From contig JBFMCL010000001.1 in assembly GCA_040754395.1 (NCBI GenBank), forward strand, positions 39,634 through 103,633: DNA of 64,000 nt, read 5' to 3'. Position 1 is the first letter of the stretch. Every line of letters begins with the position of its first letter. The notes under the pieces are model-generated. The model worked only from the letters and a program-made list of their open reading frames with translations. It was not told the origin of the DNA and did no database searches. The position numbers were made by a program, and so were the translations under genes. This stretch comes from Nitrospirota bacterium. GTDB taxonomy: Bacteria > Nitrospirota > Thermodesulfovibrionia > Thermodesulfovibrionales > SM23-35. This document shows positions 45,764-54,893 of the stretch, in pieces.

Positions 45764-45875
45764 AAAAAAATTCTGGAGCCATATAAGGGTAATTGGTCAT
45801 CCTGGAAATGTAAAGGCAGATTTTCGATATGCCGGCGCAAAGGTTGTCCAAACATACAGACCCTTAGAATGGCTC
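45764..45875 (-). terminator. Large structured 3'-UTR element ending in U7 after the nitroreductase gene (non-canonical terminator candidate)
   Basis: On the minus strand, GAGCCAT (45875-45869) pairs with ATGGCTC (45782-45776), and AAGGGT (45865-45860) pairs with ACCCTT (45790-45785). After the helix come AGAA and then TTTTTTT (45770-45764). The helix starts at the stop codon. Confidence 0.35.
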
Positions 45876-46684
45876 TATTTGTTTCTGAAAACAATATCCG
45901 TATTGAATCTGGCAACTTCCGGCCGGGTTAAGAACTCCCATTCCCCCTGAACACCATAACAGCGCAGAGCTGCCTCGATGTGGAGCATCGCGATACCACA
46001 GTCAAGCCGCTTGGAAATACTGTAGGAATCATTAAGGTTGTCCACTGCAACGGTAATACCGTTTCCGCTGATATGAAATCTCCACGGCTGACGGTTTACC
46101 GCTGAAGGAGCCAGTCGTGCAGCCTCAAGGGCTTTCGTAACCCACTCGGGCCAGATGTCTGCTCTCAGTCCTGATACCAATGCGCTGAGCGGCGTTCTTT
46201 TGTGAGTTCTTCCGAATCCTGTCATGATCTTTTCTTCAAGAGAGACCGTTTTCTCCGCGTACCCGAGCGGGGTAACCGCGAGTACCTTTTCGTTCTCCCT
46301 CATGTCTGTCAGAGAGGCAGCCGTATCAGGACGAAAGAAACCGCCGACCCAGCACGTGCCAAGGCCGCTTGAGGCAGCTTCCAGAATAATGCCTTCTCCT
46401 GTGTACCCGACCTTCTCCTGCACATTCGGATCCTTCATGTCTCCGATAAAGGCGATAAACGCGGGAGCGCCTTTTATCTTTCCATAACTTCCGATTGCGC
46501 CCCTGAATACGCTCTCCGGGGAGCGAGTGACCAGTGCTGCCCTGGCTCCGGAAAAAGGACGGAATGCATGACAAAATACCGCGAGGTCTTTGATCTGTTG
46601 TTCTGCCACCGGGCGCGCAGCAAACACCCGGCGTGATCTTCTTGCCGGAATTGCTGAATACCATCTTTCCCATGGGATATCCAA
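45875..46684 (-). CDS. Nitroreductase-family protein
   Basis: 269 aa with RRSRRVF near the N-terminus and GLGTCWVGG. Two-lobed nitroreductase-like layout. Specific substrate unknown. Confidence 0.65.
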   Translation of the reverse strand: MDIPWERWYSAIPARRSRRVFAARPVAEQQIKDLAVFCHAFRPFSGARAALVTRSPESVFRGAIGSYGKIKGAPAFIAFIGDMKDPNVQEKVGYTGEGIILEAASSGLGTCWVGGFFRPDTAASLTDMRENEKVLAVTPLGYAEKTVSLEEKIMTGFGRTHKRTPLSALVSGLRADIWPEWVTKALEAARLAPSAVNRQPWRFHISGNGITVAVDNLNDSYSISKRLDCGIAMLHIEAALRCYGVQGEWEFLTRPEVARFNTDIVFRNK

Positions 46685-46718
46685 GGATGCCTGACTACCT
46701 CACTAAGCAGCAAAGGAC

Positions 46719-48011
46719 TTAATGCTTAAACGCCCTTTGTCCGGTAAAGACCATCGTCACTTTCGGATTCGCCTCATTACAGGCCACGATGGACTCAAAA
46801 TCCCTGTCTGATCCTCCGGGATGGACAATTGCGGTAATGCCTTCCCTAATGCCTACATCAACACCGTCCCTGAACGGGAAAAAGGCATCAGATATCATCA
46901 CAGAACCGATGAGTCCCCCTCTGTTGCTCTTGGTCTCTTCATCCACTTCGCGGAGTTCATTCCTGTCCCTATTGCCGTGCATGACATCGAGTTCAAAAGC
47001 CTTGTACGGGACACCATGCTTTTGAAAGCATAACGCATCAGCGTATTTGGTATATGCCTTAAAGACAGCTATCTCTGCAACACCTACCCTGTCCTGCTCA
47101 CCCGTGCCGATACCGACCGTCACGCCGTCTTTCACATAAATGACTGAGTTCGAAGTTATCCCCTGTTCCACACTCCAACCGAAAAGCATGTCAGCGTATT
47201 CATTTGCGGTAGGCTGCCGTTCGATTGCATATTCTTGTCCCTGGTACGTCGCCTTTGCGGGAAGGAAATCCTCCTTCGAACGAATCTTGTTCAGCGGAGA
47301 CTGCTGTACGATGATCCCGCCGTCAATCAATGATTTGAAATCGACGCATCGCACATTCCTGTAACGTTCAAGCGCATTGATTCTGCTCACCTTAATGATC
47401 CTCAGATTCTTTCTTTTCCTGAGAATGGCGATTGTTCCTTCTTCAAACTCGGGGGCAGCAACCACCTCGAGGTAGTTATTGCCCACTGTCTCCGCGGTAT
47501 CCTTATCCATAGGCCTGTTCACCACAAGACATCCGCCGAATGCGGCAATGCGGTCTGCCATGTTCGCCTTGTTATACGCATCTGCAATGGTAATTCCGTA
47601 TGCAGCGCCGCAGGGGTTGTTATGCTTCAGGATTGCGGCGGCAGGCCTGTCCATAAGATATTTAAGAATATTCAGGCCATTATCGAGATCGGTAAGGTTT
47701 GTTTTCCCCGGGTGCTTCCCTGCCTGGATCATGTCCTCTTCCGTAATGCTGCTCACAAGGCCATTGCCGGGTTCTATGAACTGGCACCCGCCGAGAACAA
47801 GATTGCCGTTGATCAATTCATAGAGTGCCGCCTCCTGTTCCGGGTTTTCCCCATAACGGAGCCCCTTCTCAATAAGCTCCCCCGTCTTCTCATCCGGTAT
47901 CCGCCAGGTCCTTTTCCTGTATATCAGAGTTTGCTCGCCAAACTTGATGATTATCTCGATCGGGAAATGATCATCCATAACAGTACGGTACATCTTTTTT
48001 ATATCCGGCAT
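46719..48011 (-). CDS. purH: AICAR transformylase-domain protein (PurH-like, lacking the N-terminal MGS/IMP cyclohydrolase domain)
   Basis: 430 aa with LRYGENPEQ, LKHNNPCGAA, IGTGEQDRV and a C-terminal RAFKH. There is no MGS-like N-terminal domain; its place is taken by an unrelated leader of about 50 aa. Confidence 0.8.
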   Translation of the reverse strand: MPDIKKMYRTVMDDHFPIEIIIKFGEQTLIYRKRTWRIPDEKTGELIEKGLRYGENPEQEAALYELINGNLVLGGCQFIEPGNGLVSSITEEDMIQAGKHPGKTNLTDLDNGLNILKYLMDRPAAAILKHNNPCGAAYGITIADAYNKANMADRIAAFGGCLVVNRPMDKDTAETVGNNYLEVVAAPEFEEGTIAILRKRKNLRIIKVSRINALERYRNVRCVDFKSLIDGGIIVQQSPLNKIRSKEDFLPAKATYQGQEYAIERQPTANEYADMLFGWSVEQGITSNSVIYVKDGVTVGIGTGEQDRVGVAEIAVFKAYTKYADALCFQKHGVPYKAFELDVMHGNRDRNELREVDEETKSNRGGLIGSVMISDAFFPFRDGVDVGIREGITAIVHPGGSDRDFESIVACNEANPKVTMVFTGQRAFKH

Positions 48012-48209
48012 AAGAGCGCCTCCTTTAAGAAATGGTTATAAAAAAAGCAATATATGCCACGCAGATGCCCCGAGAAACAAGGTATTGATGCACGAATTGA
48101 ACTGCATCTGTTGGTTACCGGAAAATTGCCTGCTCCCCTGTCACTTTCGCTGCGAACTGCCGATCTGAAGGAACACCTCACTGTTCTCCGTCCTGCGGAA
48201 AAATCGTCG

Positions 48210-49010
48210 CTATTCCTGCCCGTCTTTCTTTGTCTTTATGTATTCTTTTCTCACCTTAAGGGTTTCCTCGAGCATCAAGAGATATTTGATGTACCTGAAT
48301 CCCAGTTGCATGAGCGCTACTTCATCTGTCCTGATTTTCTCTGTCTCATCCTTATCGATATCAAACACCTCAAGGAATCTGCTCTCGAACACAAACCTCC
48401 TGAACCTGTCGAGATCATAACTGGCGGTATAAATCTGGGCCTGTTTATTGGAATCCAGGTTCTTGCCCATCGGATTTCTCCTGAGCTGTATTTCTTTCCA
48501 CTCCCTGTTCATCTCATCATAGAGGCTGACTTCCTGATCATCCTTCCAGGACTGTATCGTCCACTCCGTGTCCTCCTCATAGCCCAGACAATGAGGTTCT
48601 CTGATGAAGAAATAGAACTCTTCCTTCTCGGGATTTTCGTTTGTCCCTTTTCGTACGGTACCCTGACCTATGGGATAATAGCGGCAGTTTGCAGGCCTGT
48701 CCGAATAAATCGTGCAGCCTTCGGCAGTAACGAACGGACATCTCTTCTCCGGACCGTCCAGCATCTTCAGTCTCACAAGCGGATGTGTAGACTTCTCCTC
48801 AATTTCCATATAGGTATGCTTCTCAAGGAATTCCTCGGAAGACATCCCGAGTCGTTTCTTGAGTCTCAGGATATCATATGGGGTGAGAAGGATATTGATA
48901 TTGCTGCAGCATTTGGTAAAGCATTTGATATCCTTATGGCACCTGAACTTAAACTTTGATGTCAGGCTAAGTTGTGTCGGCTCTACGTCTTTCATACTTG
49001 GTAACGGCAT
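48210..49010 (-). CDS. YkgJ/UPF0153-family cysteine-cluster protein (COG0727-like)
   Basis: 266 aa with FRCHKDIKCFTKCC and CPFVTAEGCTIYSDRPANCRYYP motifs. Confidence 0.7.
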   Translation of the reverse strand: MPLPSMKDVEPTQLSLTSKFKFRCHKDIKCFTKCCSNINILLTPYDILRLKKRLGMSSEEFLEKHTYMEIEEKSTHPLVRLKMLDGPEKRCPFVTAEGCTIYSDRPANCRYYPIGQGTVRKGTNENPEKEEFYFFIREPHCLGYEEDTEWTIQSWKDDQEVSLYDEMNREWKEIQLRRNPMGKNLDSNKQAQIYTASYDLDRFRRFVFESRFLEVFDIDKDETEKIRTDEVALMQLGFRYIKYLLMLEETLKVRKEYIKTKKDGQE

Positions 49011-49129
49011 GGCTATTCAATCCTTTCTGTCCGATTTGCGGCCCTTCCGGCAATGCGCAATACGTTGTAAACTTTACAGAAGAAATTTTCCGGTCATCAT
49101 GAGTTTGCTGCGTTGTCTTTCATTATAAT

Positions 49130-49159
49130 AAAAAAGGCCGGCAGAAATCCCTGCCGGCC
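49130..49159 (-). terminator. Intrinsic terminator after hppA
   Basis: Minus strand reads GGCCGGCAG-GGATTT-CTGCCGGCC followed by TTTTTT. It starts 19 nt after the hppA stop. Confidence 0.85.
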
Positions 49160-49177
49160 TTACAAGCTCAGAGTTTA

Positions 49178-51250
49178 CTACAGAAGCGGGACAATCAGCA
49201 GTGCAACAATATTGATGACCTTAATCATCGGGTTGATTGCAGGACCTGCTGTATCTTTGTAAGGATCGCCGACCGTGTCACCGGTGACAGCTGCCTTGTG
49301 TCCGTCGCTTCCTTTCTTGTGCACAACACCCTTATCGTCGGTAACGCCGTCTTCAAAGGCTTTCTTGGCGTTGTCCCATGCACCGCCGCCGCTTGTCATG
49401 GCAATGGCGAGGAAGAGCCCGGTCAGAATGCTTCCGATCAGAACCCCGCCGAGCGCCTTCGGCCCGAGGACAAACCCCACAACGATAGGTGTTACTACAG
49501 GAAGAAGTGCAGGCACCATCATCTCTTTGATGGCCGACTTGGTCACGATATCCACACATTTGCCGTACTCAGGCTTGCCCGTGCCTTCCATAATACCTTT
49601 AATCTCACGGAACTGTCTGCGAACTTCAATCACGACTCCTCCCGCAGCCTTTCCGACCGCAAGCATGAGCCTGCCGCCGAAATAGTACGGGATAAGACCA
49701 CCGATAAAGAGTCCGGCGATAATGTAGGGATCAGACAGATCGAAGCTTAACCCTCCCATCTTCTTGCCCAGTTCTCGCGAATATTCCGCGAAAAGGACAA
49801 GCGCTGCAAGGCCGGCGGAACCGATTGCATAACCCTTCGTAACCGCCTTTGTGGTATTTCCGACTGCGTCAAGCGGGTCTGTGACACCGCGTACCTCTTC
49901 AGGCAGTTCAGCCATCTCGGCGATTCCACCGGCGTTGTCTGTAATAGGGCCGTATGAGTCGATCGCCACGACAATGCCCGTCATGGAAAGCATCGAAACT
50001 GCCGAAAGCGCGATGGCAAAGAGACCTCCACCCGTGTTTCCGCTGAAACCACCACCGAGGAAATAGGAACCCATAATAGCCCCGACAATAACGAGCGCGG
50101 GAAGCGCGGTCGCCTCCATGCTCATGGCAAGGCCGGCGATGACGTTGGTACCATGTCCGGTAAGGCTCGCCTGGGAAATTATCTTTACTGGTCTGTATTC
50201 CTTTGCAGTATAGTACTCAGTGATCCACACAATGAGGCCAGTGAGGGCAAGTCCGATTAGGGATATGAGGAATACGCTCATCGGAGTAAATCCGCCGGTA
50301 TCGGCGCCAAGCTGACCCATAAACCATACTGTTACACCATAGAAACCGATTGCCGCGAGTATACCGGCAACCGCAAGGGCTTTATAGAGCGCGCCCATGA
50401 TGTACTGCTTTGCGCCAAGCTTCACAAAGTAGGTACCTATGATTGACGCAATGATCGAGACGCCTCCCAGAAGAAGCGGAAACTCCACCCAGGGGCTTTC
50501 CGCACCAAATACTGATTTTGCGAGCAGCATCGCGGCAACCAGGGTAACCGTATACGTTTCGTACAGGTCTGCTGCCATTCCCGCGCAGTCACCTACGTTG
50601 TCGCCGACGTTATCAGCAATAACCGCAGGATTTCTCGGATCGTCTTCAGGAATGCCTGCCTCTACCTTGCCGACAAGATCTGCCCCGACGTCCGCAGCCT
50701 TTGTGTAAATACCGCCTGCGATACGGGCAAACACGCTCATGAGTGAGCAGCCAAACCCGAGTCCGATGAGAGCATGGAATGCGCCTTCACCCACTGCTGC
50801 TTTTGCAATATAATAATACCCTGCCAGTCCGATGATACCGAGACCGACCACCATGATACCGGTAACAGAACCGCCCTTGAATGAAAGCGTGAGCGCGTCC
50901 TGGAGGCCCTTTGATGCAGCCTGTGTTGTACGGACATTCGCACGGACGGTAACCCACATGCCGACAAAACCGGCAAATGCGGAACCCGCGGTGCCGATGA
51001 TAAACCCGATTGCTGTCCAGATACCAAGGCTTGGAATCACCGCGATCACGATGATCAGGAAAACCGCAACCATGGCTACTGTTTTGTACTCACGTGCAAG
51101 GAACGCATATGCACCTTCTTTAACCGCATTCGATATCTCCTGCATGCGCGCACTTCCGGCATCCTGCTTTGATACCCACGCTGCGGTCATGAGGGCATAC
51201 AAAACGCCAAGTCCTCCGCAGAATAAACTGAATAAAATGATTGAACTCAT
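49178..51250 (-). CDS. hppA: Membrane-integral proton-translocating pyrophosphatase, K+-independent type
   Basis: 690 aa polytopic protein with [47 protein letters not shown] and GNTTKA. A Lys at the A/K position marks the K+-independent subfamily. Confidence 0.93.
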   Translation of the reverse strand: MSSIILFSLFCGGLGVLYALMTAAWVSKQDAGSARMQEISNAVKEGAYAFLAREYKTVAMVAVFLIIVIAVIPSLGIWTAIGFIIGTAGSAFAGFVGMWVTVRANVRTTQAASKGLQDALTLSFKGGSVTGIMVVGLGIIGLAGYYYIAKAAVGEGAFHALIGLGFGCSLMSVFARIAGGIYTKAADVGADLVGKVEAGIPEDDPRNPAVIADNVGDNVGDCAGMAADLYETYTVTLVAAMLLAKSVFGAESPWVEFPLLLGGVSIIASIIGTYFVKLGAKQYIMGALYKALAVAGILAAIGFYGVTVWFMGQLGADTGGFTPMSVFLISLIGLALTGLIVWITEYYTAKEYRPVKIISQASLTGHGTNVIAGLAMSMEATALPALVIVGAIMGSYFLGGGFSGNTGGGLFAIALSAVSMLSMTGIVVAIDSYGPITDNAGGIAEMAELPEEVRGVTDPLDAVGNTTKAVTKGYAIGSAGLAALVLFAEYSRELGKKMGGLSFDLSDPYIIAGLFIGGLIPYYFGGRLMLAVGKAAGGVVIEVRRQFREIKGIMEGTGKPEYGKCVDIVTKSAIKEMMVPALLPVVTPIVVGFVLGPKALGGVLIGSILTGLFLAIAMTSGGGAWDNAKKAFEDGVTDDKGVVHKKGSDGHKAAVTGDTVGDPYKDTAGPAINPMIKVINIVALLIVPLL

Positions 51251-51367
51251 TTACCCCTCCTTTTTAGACTTGCTTCATGAGCTAAAAGTGAAAAGTGAAA
51301 AAAACGGCAACGTATTTAATTACCTTCCACCTCCCTCCTTATAATGGTATCTTTGCAAACCATGTTA

Positions 51368-52627
51368 TTACTTAACCTCGACATCTCTTGCCGTTGCTTT
51401 TGCAAAAACCATCGCTGTTGCCCTGTAGAGCATATGCGCCATCTTTGAAAAAGGGGCATATGCGAATAGGAAAAAGACCACAACAAGGTGAGCAAAATAT
51501 ATGATGTACGCAAATAGTGCCATATCAGCAAGTCTTACCAGTTCAGACAGGATACCGGTTGCCATAACCGCAAACACTACATAAATGAAAAGCCAGTCAT
51601 AATACCCGCCTTTGCCTGCCTTGCTCTCATTGCTCTTTCTGTTTTTGATAACAAGCACAATACCGACCAGCAGGGCAATCGCGCTGATGTTTGCGAGCCA
51701 TTTCAGCGGATCAGTCAAGGGATACGGTGACGGGCCAAGCAGCCAGGGGTAAGGCGTTTTTCCCATCGCATGCATTATCTCGTATCCGTAGAGATAAAAG
51801 ACAGCCCATGCGGTCGTGATCGCAAGCCCTATGAAGCTGAACAATACGAGCATGTGCGCCAGCTTTCTGTCTTTGGTAACATTGCACTTCTCGAACCGTT
51901 TGTGCGTAAGAATTTCACCGATAGTCTCTGTTGCCGCGCTGACAATACTTCCCTTCGGCTTGAGTCCGGTTGCTTTTACCATATCTTTCCAGTACCGGGA
52001 AACACCGATTGCCAGAGAAACAACCGCAAAAAAGAAAATCGGGACAAACACGCCATCGATGTAATACGACTTAATCAATGATGAGTAGGCAATTTGTCCT
52101 GCGTCATTCCTTATGCTTTCCAGATTCAGATGTCCGAGTCCCCAAAGAATGAGAAGAAATATCACCACCGGCACAGCAAGCAGGGGAACAAGTGCACCTG
52201 GATTCCCTACCATTTTCCCGAGAGAACGGGGGACAGAATAATTCTCGATGGACAACTTTCTGACCGCATTCAGTACTTCTCCCGGATTTGCGCCTCTCGG
52301 GCAATATGCAGTGCAGTCGCTGCACTGATGGCAGAGCCATATATCGGGATTGCCGAACAGCTTGTCCTTCAATCCCCACTGGGCATATATCATTTCTTTT
52401 CTCGGAAATGGCTTGTCATCCGGGGTCAGATTGCATACGACAGAGCATGTCGCACACTGATAACATTTCTTGAGCGACTCCCCCCCCCCTTTGATGATTT
52501 CATTGACAAACTGCAAATCCGGCTTCACGATATCTCCGACAAAAGGTTCAGGGGCCGGAGTCACCTCGGCCTGAGGCTCGGCTGCTGCCTCGGTTTTTAC
52601 TTCGATTTTTTCTTCTGCCATATTCAC
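51368..52627 (-). CDS. qmoC: Quinone-interacting membrane-bound oxidoreductase subunit QmoC
   Basis: 419 aa. The N-terminal HdrC-like part has two FeS motifs (CYQCATCSVVC, CHQCSDCTAYCP). The C-terminal part is an HdrE/NarI-like multi-TM cytochrome b. It follows qmoAB. Confidence 0.88.
   Translation of the reverse strand: MNMAEEKIEVKTEAAAEPQAEVTPAPEPFVGDIVKPDLQFVNEIIKGGGESLKKCYQCATCSVVCNLTPDDKPFPRKEMIYAQWGLKDKLFGNPDIWLCHQCSDCTAYCPRGANPGEVLNAVRKLSIENYSVPRSLGKMVGNPGALVPLLAVPVVIFLLILWGLGHLNLESIRNDAGQIAYSSLIKSYYIDGVFVPIFFFAVVSLAIGVSRYWKDMVKATGLKPKGSIVSAATETIGEILTHKRFEKCNVTKDRKLAHMLVLFSFIGLAITTAWAVFYLYGYEIMHAMGKTPYPWLLGPSPYPLTDPLKWLANISAIALLVGIVLVIKNRKSNESKAGKGGYYDWLFIYVVFAVMATGILSELVRLADMALFAYIIYFAHLVVVFFLFAYAPFSKMAHMLYRATAMVFAKATARDVEVK
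52480..52489. repeat. C10 (G10 on the coding strand) homopolymer inside qmoC
   Basis: On the coding strand, aaa ggg ggg ggg gag encodes KGGGE of IIKGGGESLKK. Confidence 0.95.
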
Positions 52628-52655
52628 CCTCCCTTAAAGGTCGTGGACAATCTAT

Positions 52656-54884
52656 TTAAAATTCCTTGAACGGATTCGGCCCGAACTCTTTCACCTTTGC
52701 GGCAAAGGCGTTGATCATATCAGGAAGTTTGTGATATTCATCGATTGCGACCTGCATAAGCTCGACCCGTTCTGCCTCAAGCTGAAGCTTACTCAGTGTT
52801 TCACCGACCTTGCTGAAACGGTAGTTGGCAAGTTCGCTCCCCTTCACAAAGTGACACTGATAATTTTCACCGTATTTGCATCCCAAAAGAAGGAACCCGT
52901 CGATACCTTTTGACATGGCATCGGCAATCCACACCAGGTTCATACCGCCAAGACATCTGAGCGGGATAAACCGGACACTGGTATCAATCTGCTTGCGATG
53001 CATGGCGAGGGTATCCAGGGCAGGATATGCGTCGTTCTCACAGACCAGGCACACAATCCTGAAGACATCTTCCTCAGGCACGTCAATCGCTTTAATCATC
53101 GATCCGATCATATCGACGCTGTAATCCTTGAAGGATACAATCCTCTCAGGGCAGGCCCCCATGCATGTCCCGCACCGCCTGCATCTGTTGAGATTATATA
53201 AGGGGATGCCTTTCGCATCTTCTTCAATGGCGCCAAATGGACATTCCTCCGTACATCTCTTGCATGCGGTACACCTGATCAGCTGAGCGTCAGGGAAAGT
53301 GATATCCCATGCACGCGGATGCACGGAAACGCCTTTTGCAACGTGGTCTATACACTGTATGGCCTTAAAGGCTGCGCCGGCTGCGTCCTCCTGTGCTTCT
53401 GTCATATTCATGGGCTGACGTACCGTACCTGTTGCATAAATTCCGGTCCTTCTCGTTTCATACTGGAAACAGATAAAATTGGAATCCGCAAATCCGCAGG
53501 CGCCTTCGAGAGAAGGTATCTCGGGCCCCTGTCTGTAAGCGAGATTCAGGATAAACTCGGGCTTTGGCGTGGACTCAATATACTCCTTCTTCGGGTCGTC
53601 ACCTTTTGCCGCTGCCTGGGTGAGACCGTCAAGATATTCCTGGGGCACTTTCGTCGTAGGCACAAGCCCTGTCGCGAGCACGACAAGATCAGCCTCAAAT
53701 TTCACCTTTTCCCCGAGCAGGGTATTTTCGACTTCAACGAAGAGGCTGCCGTTTCCTGCATCGGAAACACCTCGCACCTCCCCTTTGGTAAGCATGACAC
53801 CGGGGTCGTTCTGCGCCTCCTTGTAAAAGGCCTCCAGTCTTCCGGGAGTTCTGATATCTTTATAGAAGATCATCGCGAGAGCATCGGGATTCTGCCGCAC
53901 ATACCGCGCCTGTTTCAGTGATGCTCCGCAGCATACTGATGAACAATACGGCAGATGCTCAGGATCTCTCTGTCCCGCGCACTGAATGAACGCCACCTTC
54001 TCCACTTCCTTGCCGTCTGAAGGTCTTGCAATCGGTCCTTTTTTCGCGATTGCTTCGAATTCAACATTCGTTACGACGTTCTTGTATTTTCCATACCCGA
54101 GATGACCGAGTTTGGTCGCATCATAGGGAACCCATCCGGTAGCCATGACAATAGCGCCAATCTTTACCGTTTCGGTCCCTGATGCACCTGAAATTGTCAC
54201 ATTGAATAAGCCGGGCTGACCCTCGGTTTTTTCGACTTTCGATGATTTATACACCCTGATATTCGGGTGATTTTCAACCTCTTGTACAGTCTTCTCAATG
54301 CCCGTGTCGACAATGATCGGTTCCTTGAAATCCCTCGTCGGGATCTTTTTGTAGAGCTTTCTCGCAAACCCTCCGAGCTCTGCCTCTTTCTCCACAAGGA
54401 AAACCTTATATCCTGCACCCGCCGCTTCGAGCGCCGCAGTCATTCCGGAGATACCTCCACCGATTACAAGGATATCTTTGCTGAGATTTTCCATGATCGC
54501 AGGCGCGGGCAACTCTGACTTCTGTACCCTTACGGTTCCCATGGCAATATAATCTTCTGCCAGCGCCAGTGTTTCCTCGTCATTCGGTGGCTGTGTCCAC
54601 GCGACAAGTTCACGGATATTGACACGTTCGGTAAGACATCCGGGGAAATCGAACTCCTCATATTTGACGCGGGGAGAACAGGCGACGATGATCGCGGTGT
54701 TCGTCCCGCCCTTGATATCATTCTTTATCACCTGGAGGCCTTCAGGACTGCATAATACATCATGGACTTTCACGTGCTCCTCTTTTATAGGGCCACGCTT
54801 CGATGCCTTGGCAAGTTTCTCTATATCAAGGGATTCCCCAATCCCGCACCCCTTACAGATGTATACGCCGAATTTCTTTTCCAT
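52656..54884 (-). CDS. qmoB: Quinone-interacting membrane-bound oxidoreductase subunit QmoB (HdrA-like)
   Basis: 742 aa with FAD-binding VIGGGISGMTAA, ferredoxin-type motifs (CTACKRCTEECP, CRRCGTCMGACP), and a C-terminal MvhD-like part. Confidence 0.9.
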   Translation of the reverse strand: MEKKFGVYICKGCGIGESLDIEKLAKASKRGPIKEEHVKVHDVLCSPEGLQVIKNDIKGGTNTAIIVACSPRVKYEEFDFPGCLTERVNIRELVAWTQPPNDEETLALAEDYIAMGTVRVQKSELPAPAIMENLSKDILVIGGGISGMTAALEAAGAGYKVFLVEKEAELGGFARKLYKKIPTRDFKEPIIVDTGIEKTVQEVENHPNIRVYKSSKVEKTEGQPGLFNVTISGASGTETVKIGAIVMATGWVPYDATKLGHLGYGKYKNVVTNVEFEAIAKKGPIARPSDGKEVEKVAFIQCAGQRDPEHLPYCSSVCCGASLKQARYVRQNPDALAMIFYKDIRTPGRLEAFYKEAQNDPGVMLTKGEVRGVSDAGNGSLFVEVENTLLGEKVKFEADLVVLATGLVPTTKVPQEYLDGLTQAAAKGDDPKKEYIESTPKPEFILNLAYRQGPEIPSLEGACGFADSNFICFQYETRRTGIYATGTVRQPMNMTEAQEDAAGAAFKAIQCIDHVAKGVSVHPRAWDITFPDAQLIRCTACKRCTEECPFGAIEEDAKGIPLYNLNRCRRCGTCMGACPERIVSFKDYSVDMIGSMIKAIDVPEEDVFRIVCLVCENDAYPALDTLAMHRKQIDTSVRFIPLRCLGGMNLVWIADAMSKGIDGFLLLGCKYGENYQCHFVKGSELANYRFSKVGETLSKLQLEAERVELMQVAIDEYHKLPDMINAFAAKVKEFGPNPFKEF

Positions 54885-54893
54885 CCCTACCTC

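Noticed and set aside
45664-45931. Small ORFs 45664-45915 (minus strand, 83 aa) and 45740-45931 (plus strand, 63 aa) in the AT-rich island and at the nitroreductase 3' end.
   Set aside because: There is no SD. They overlap the nitroreductase C-terminus and the structured U-tailed element, and no motifs were recognised.
48054-48959. 301-aa plus-strand ORF, the longest unexplained ORF in the track.
   Set aside because: It lies entirely antisense to the YkgJ-like gene, which has clear family motifs (CxxxxxCxxxCC, CPF...GC.IY..RP..CR.YP). The antisense ORF has no SD and no recognisable motif, and it starts in the intergenic leader. It is a typical shadow ORF.
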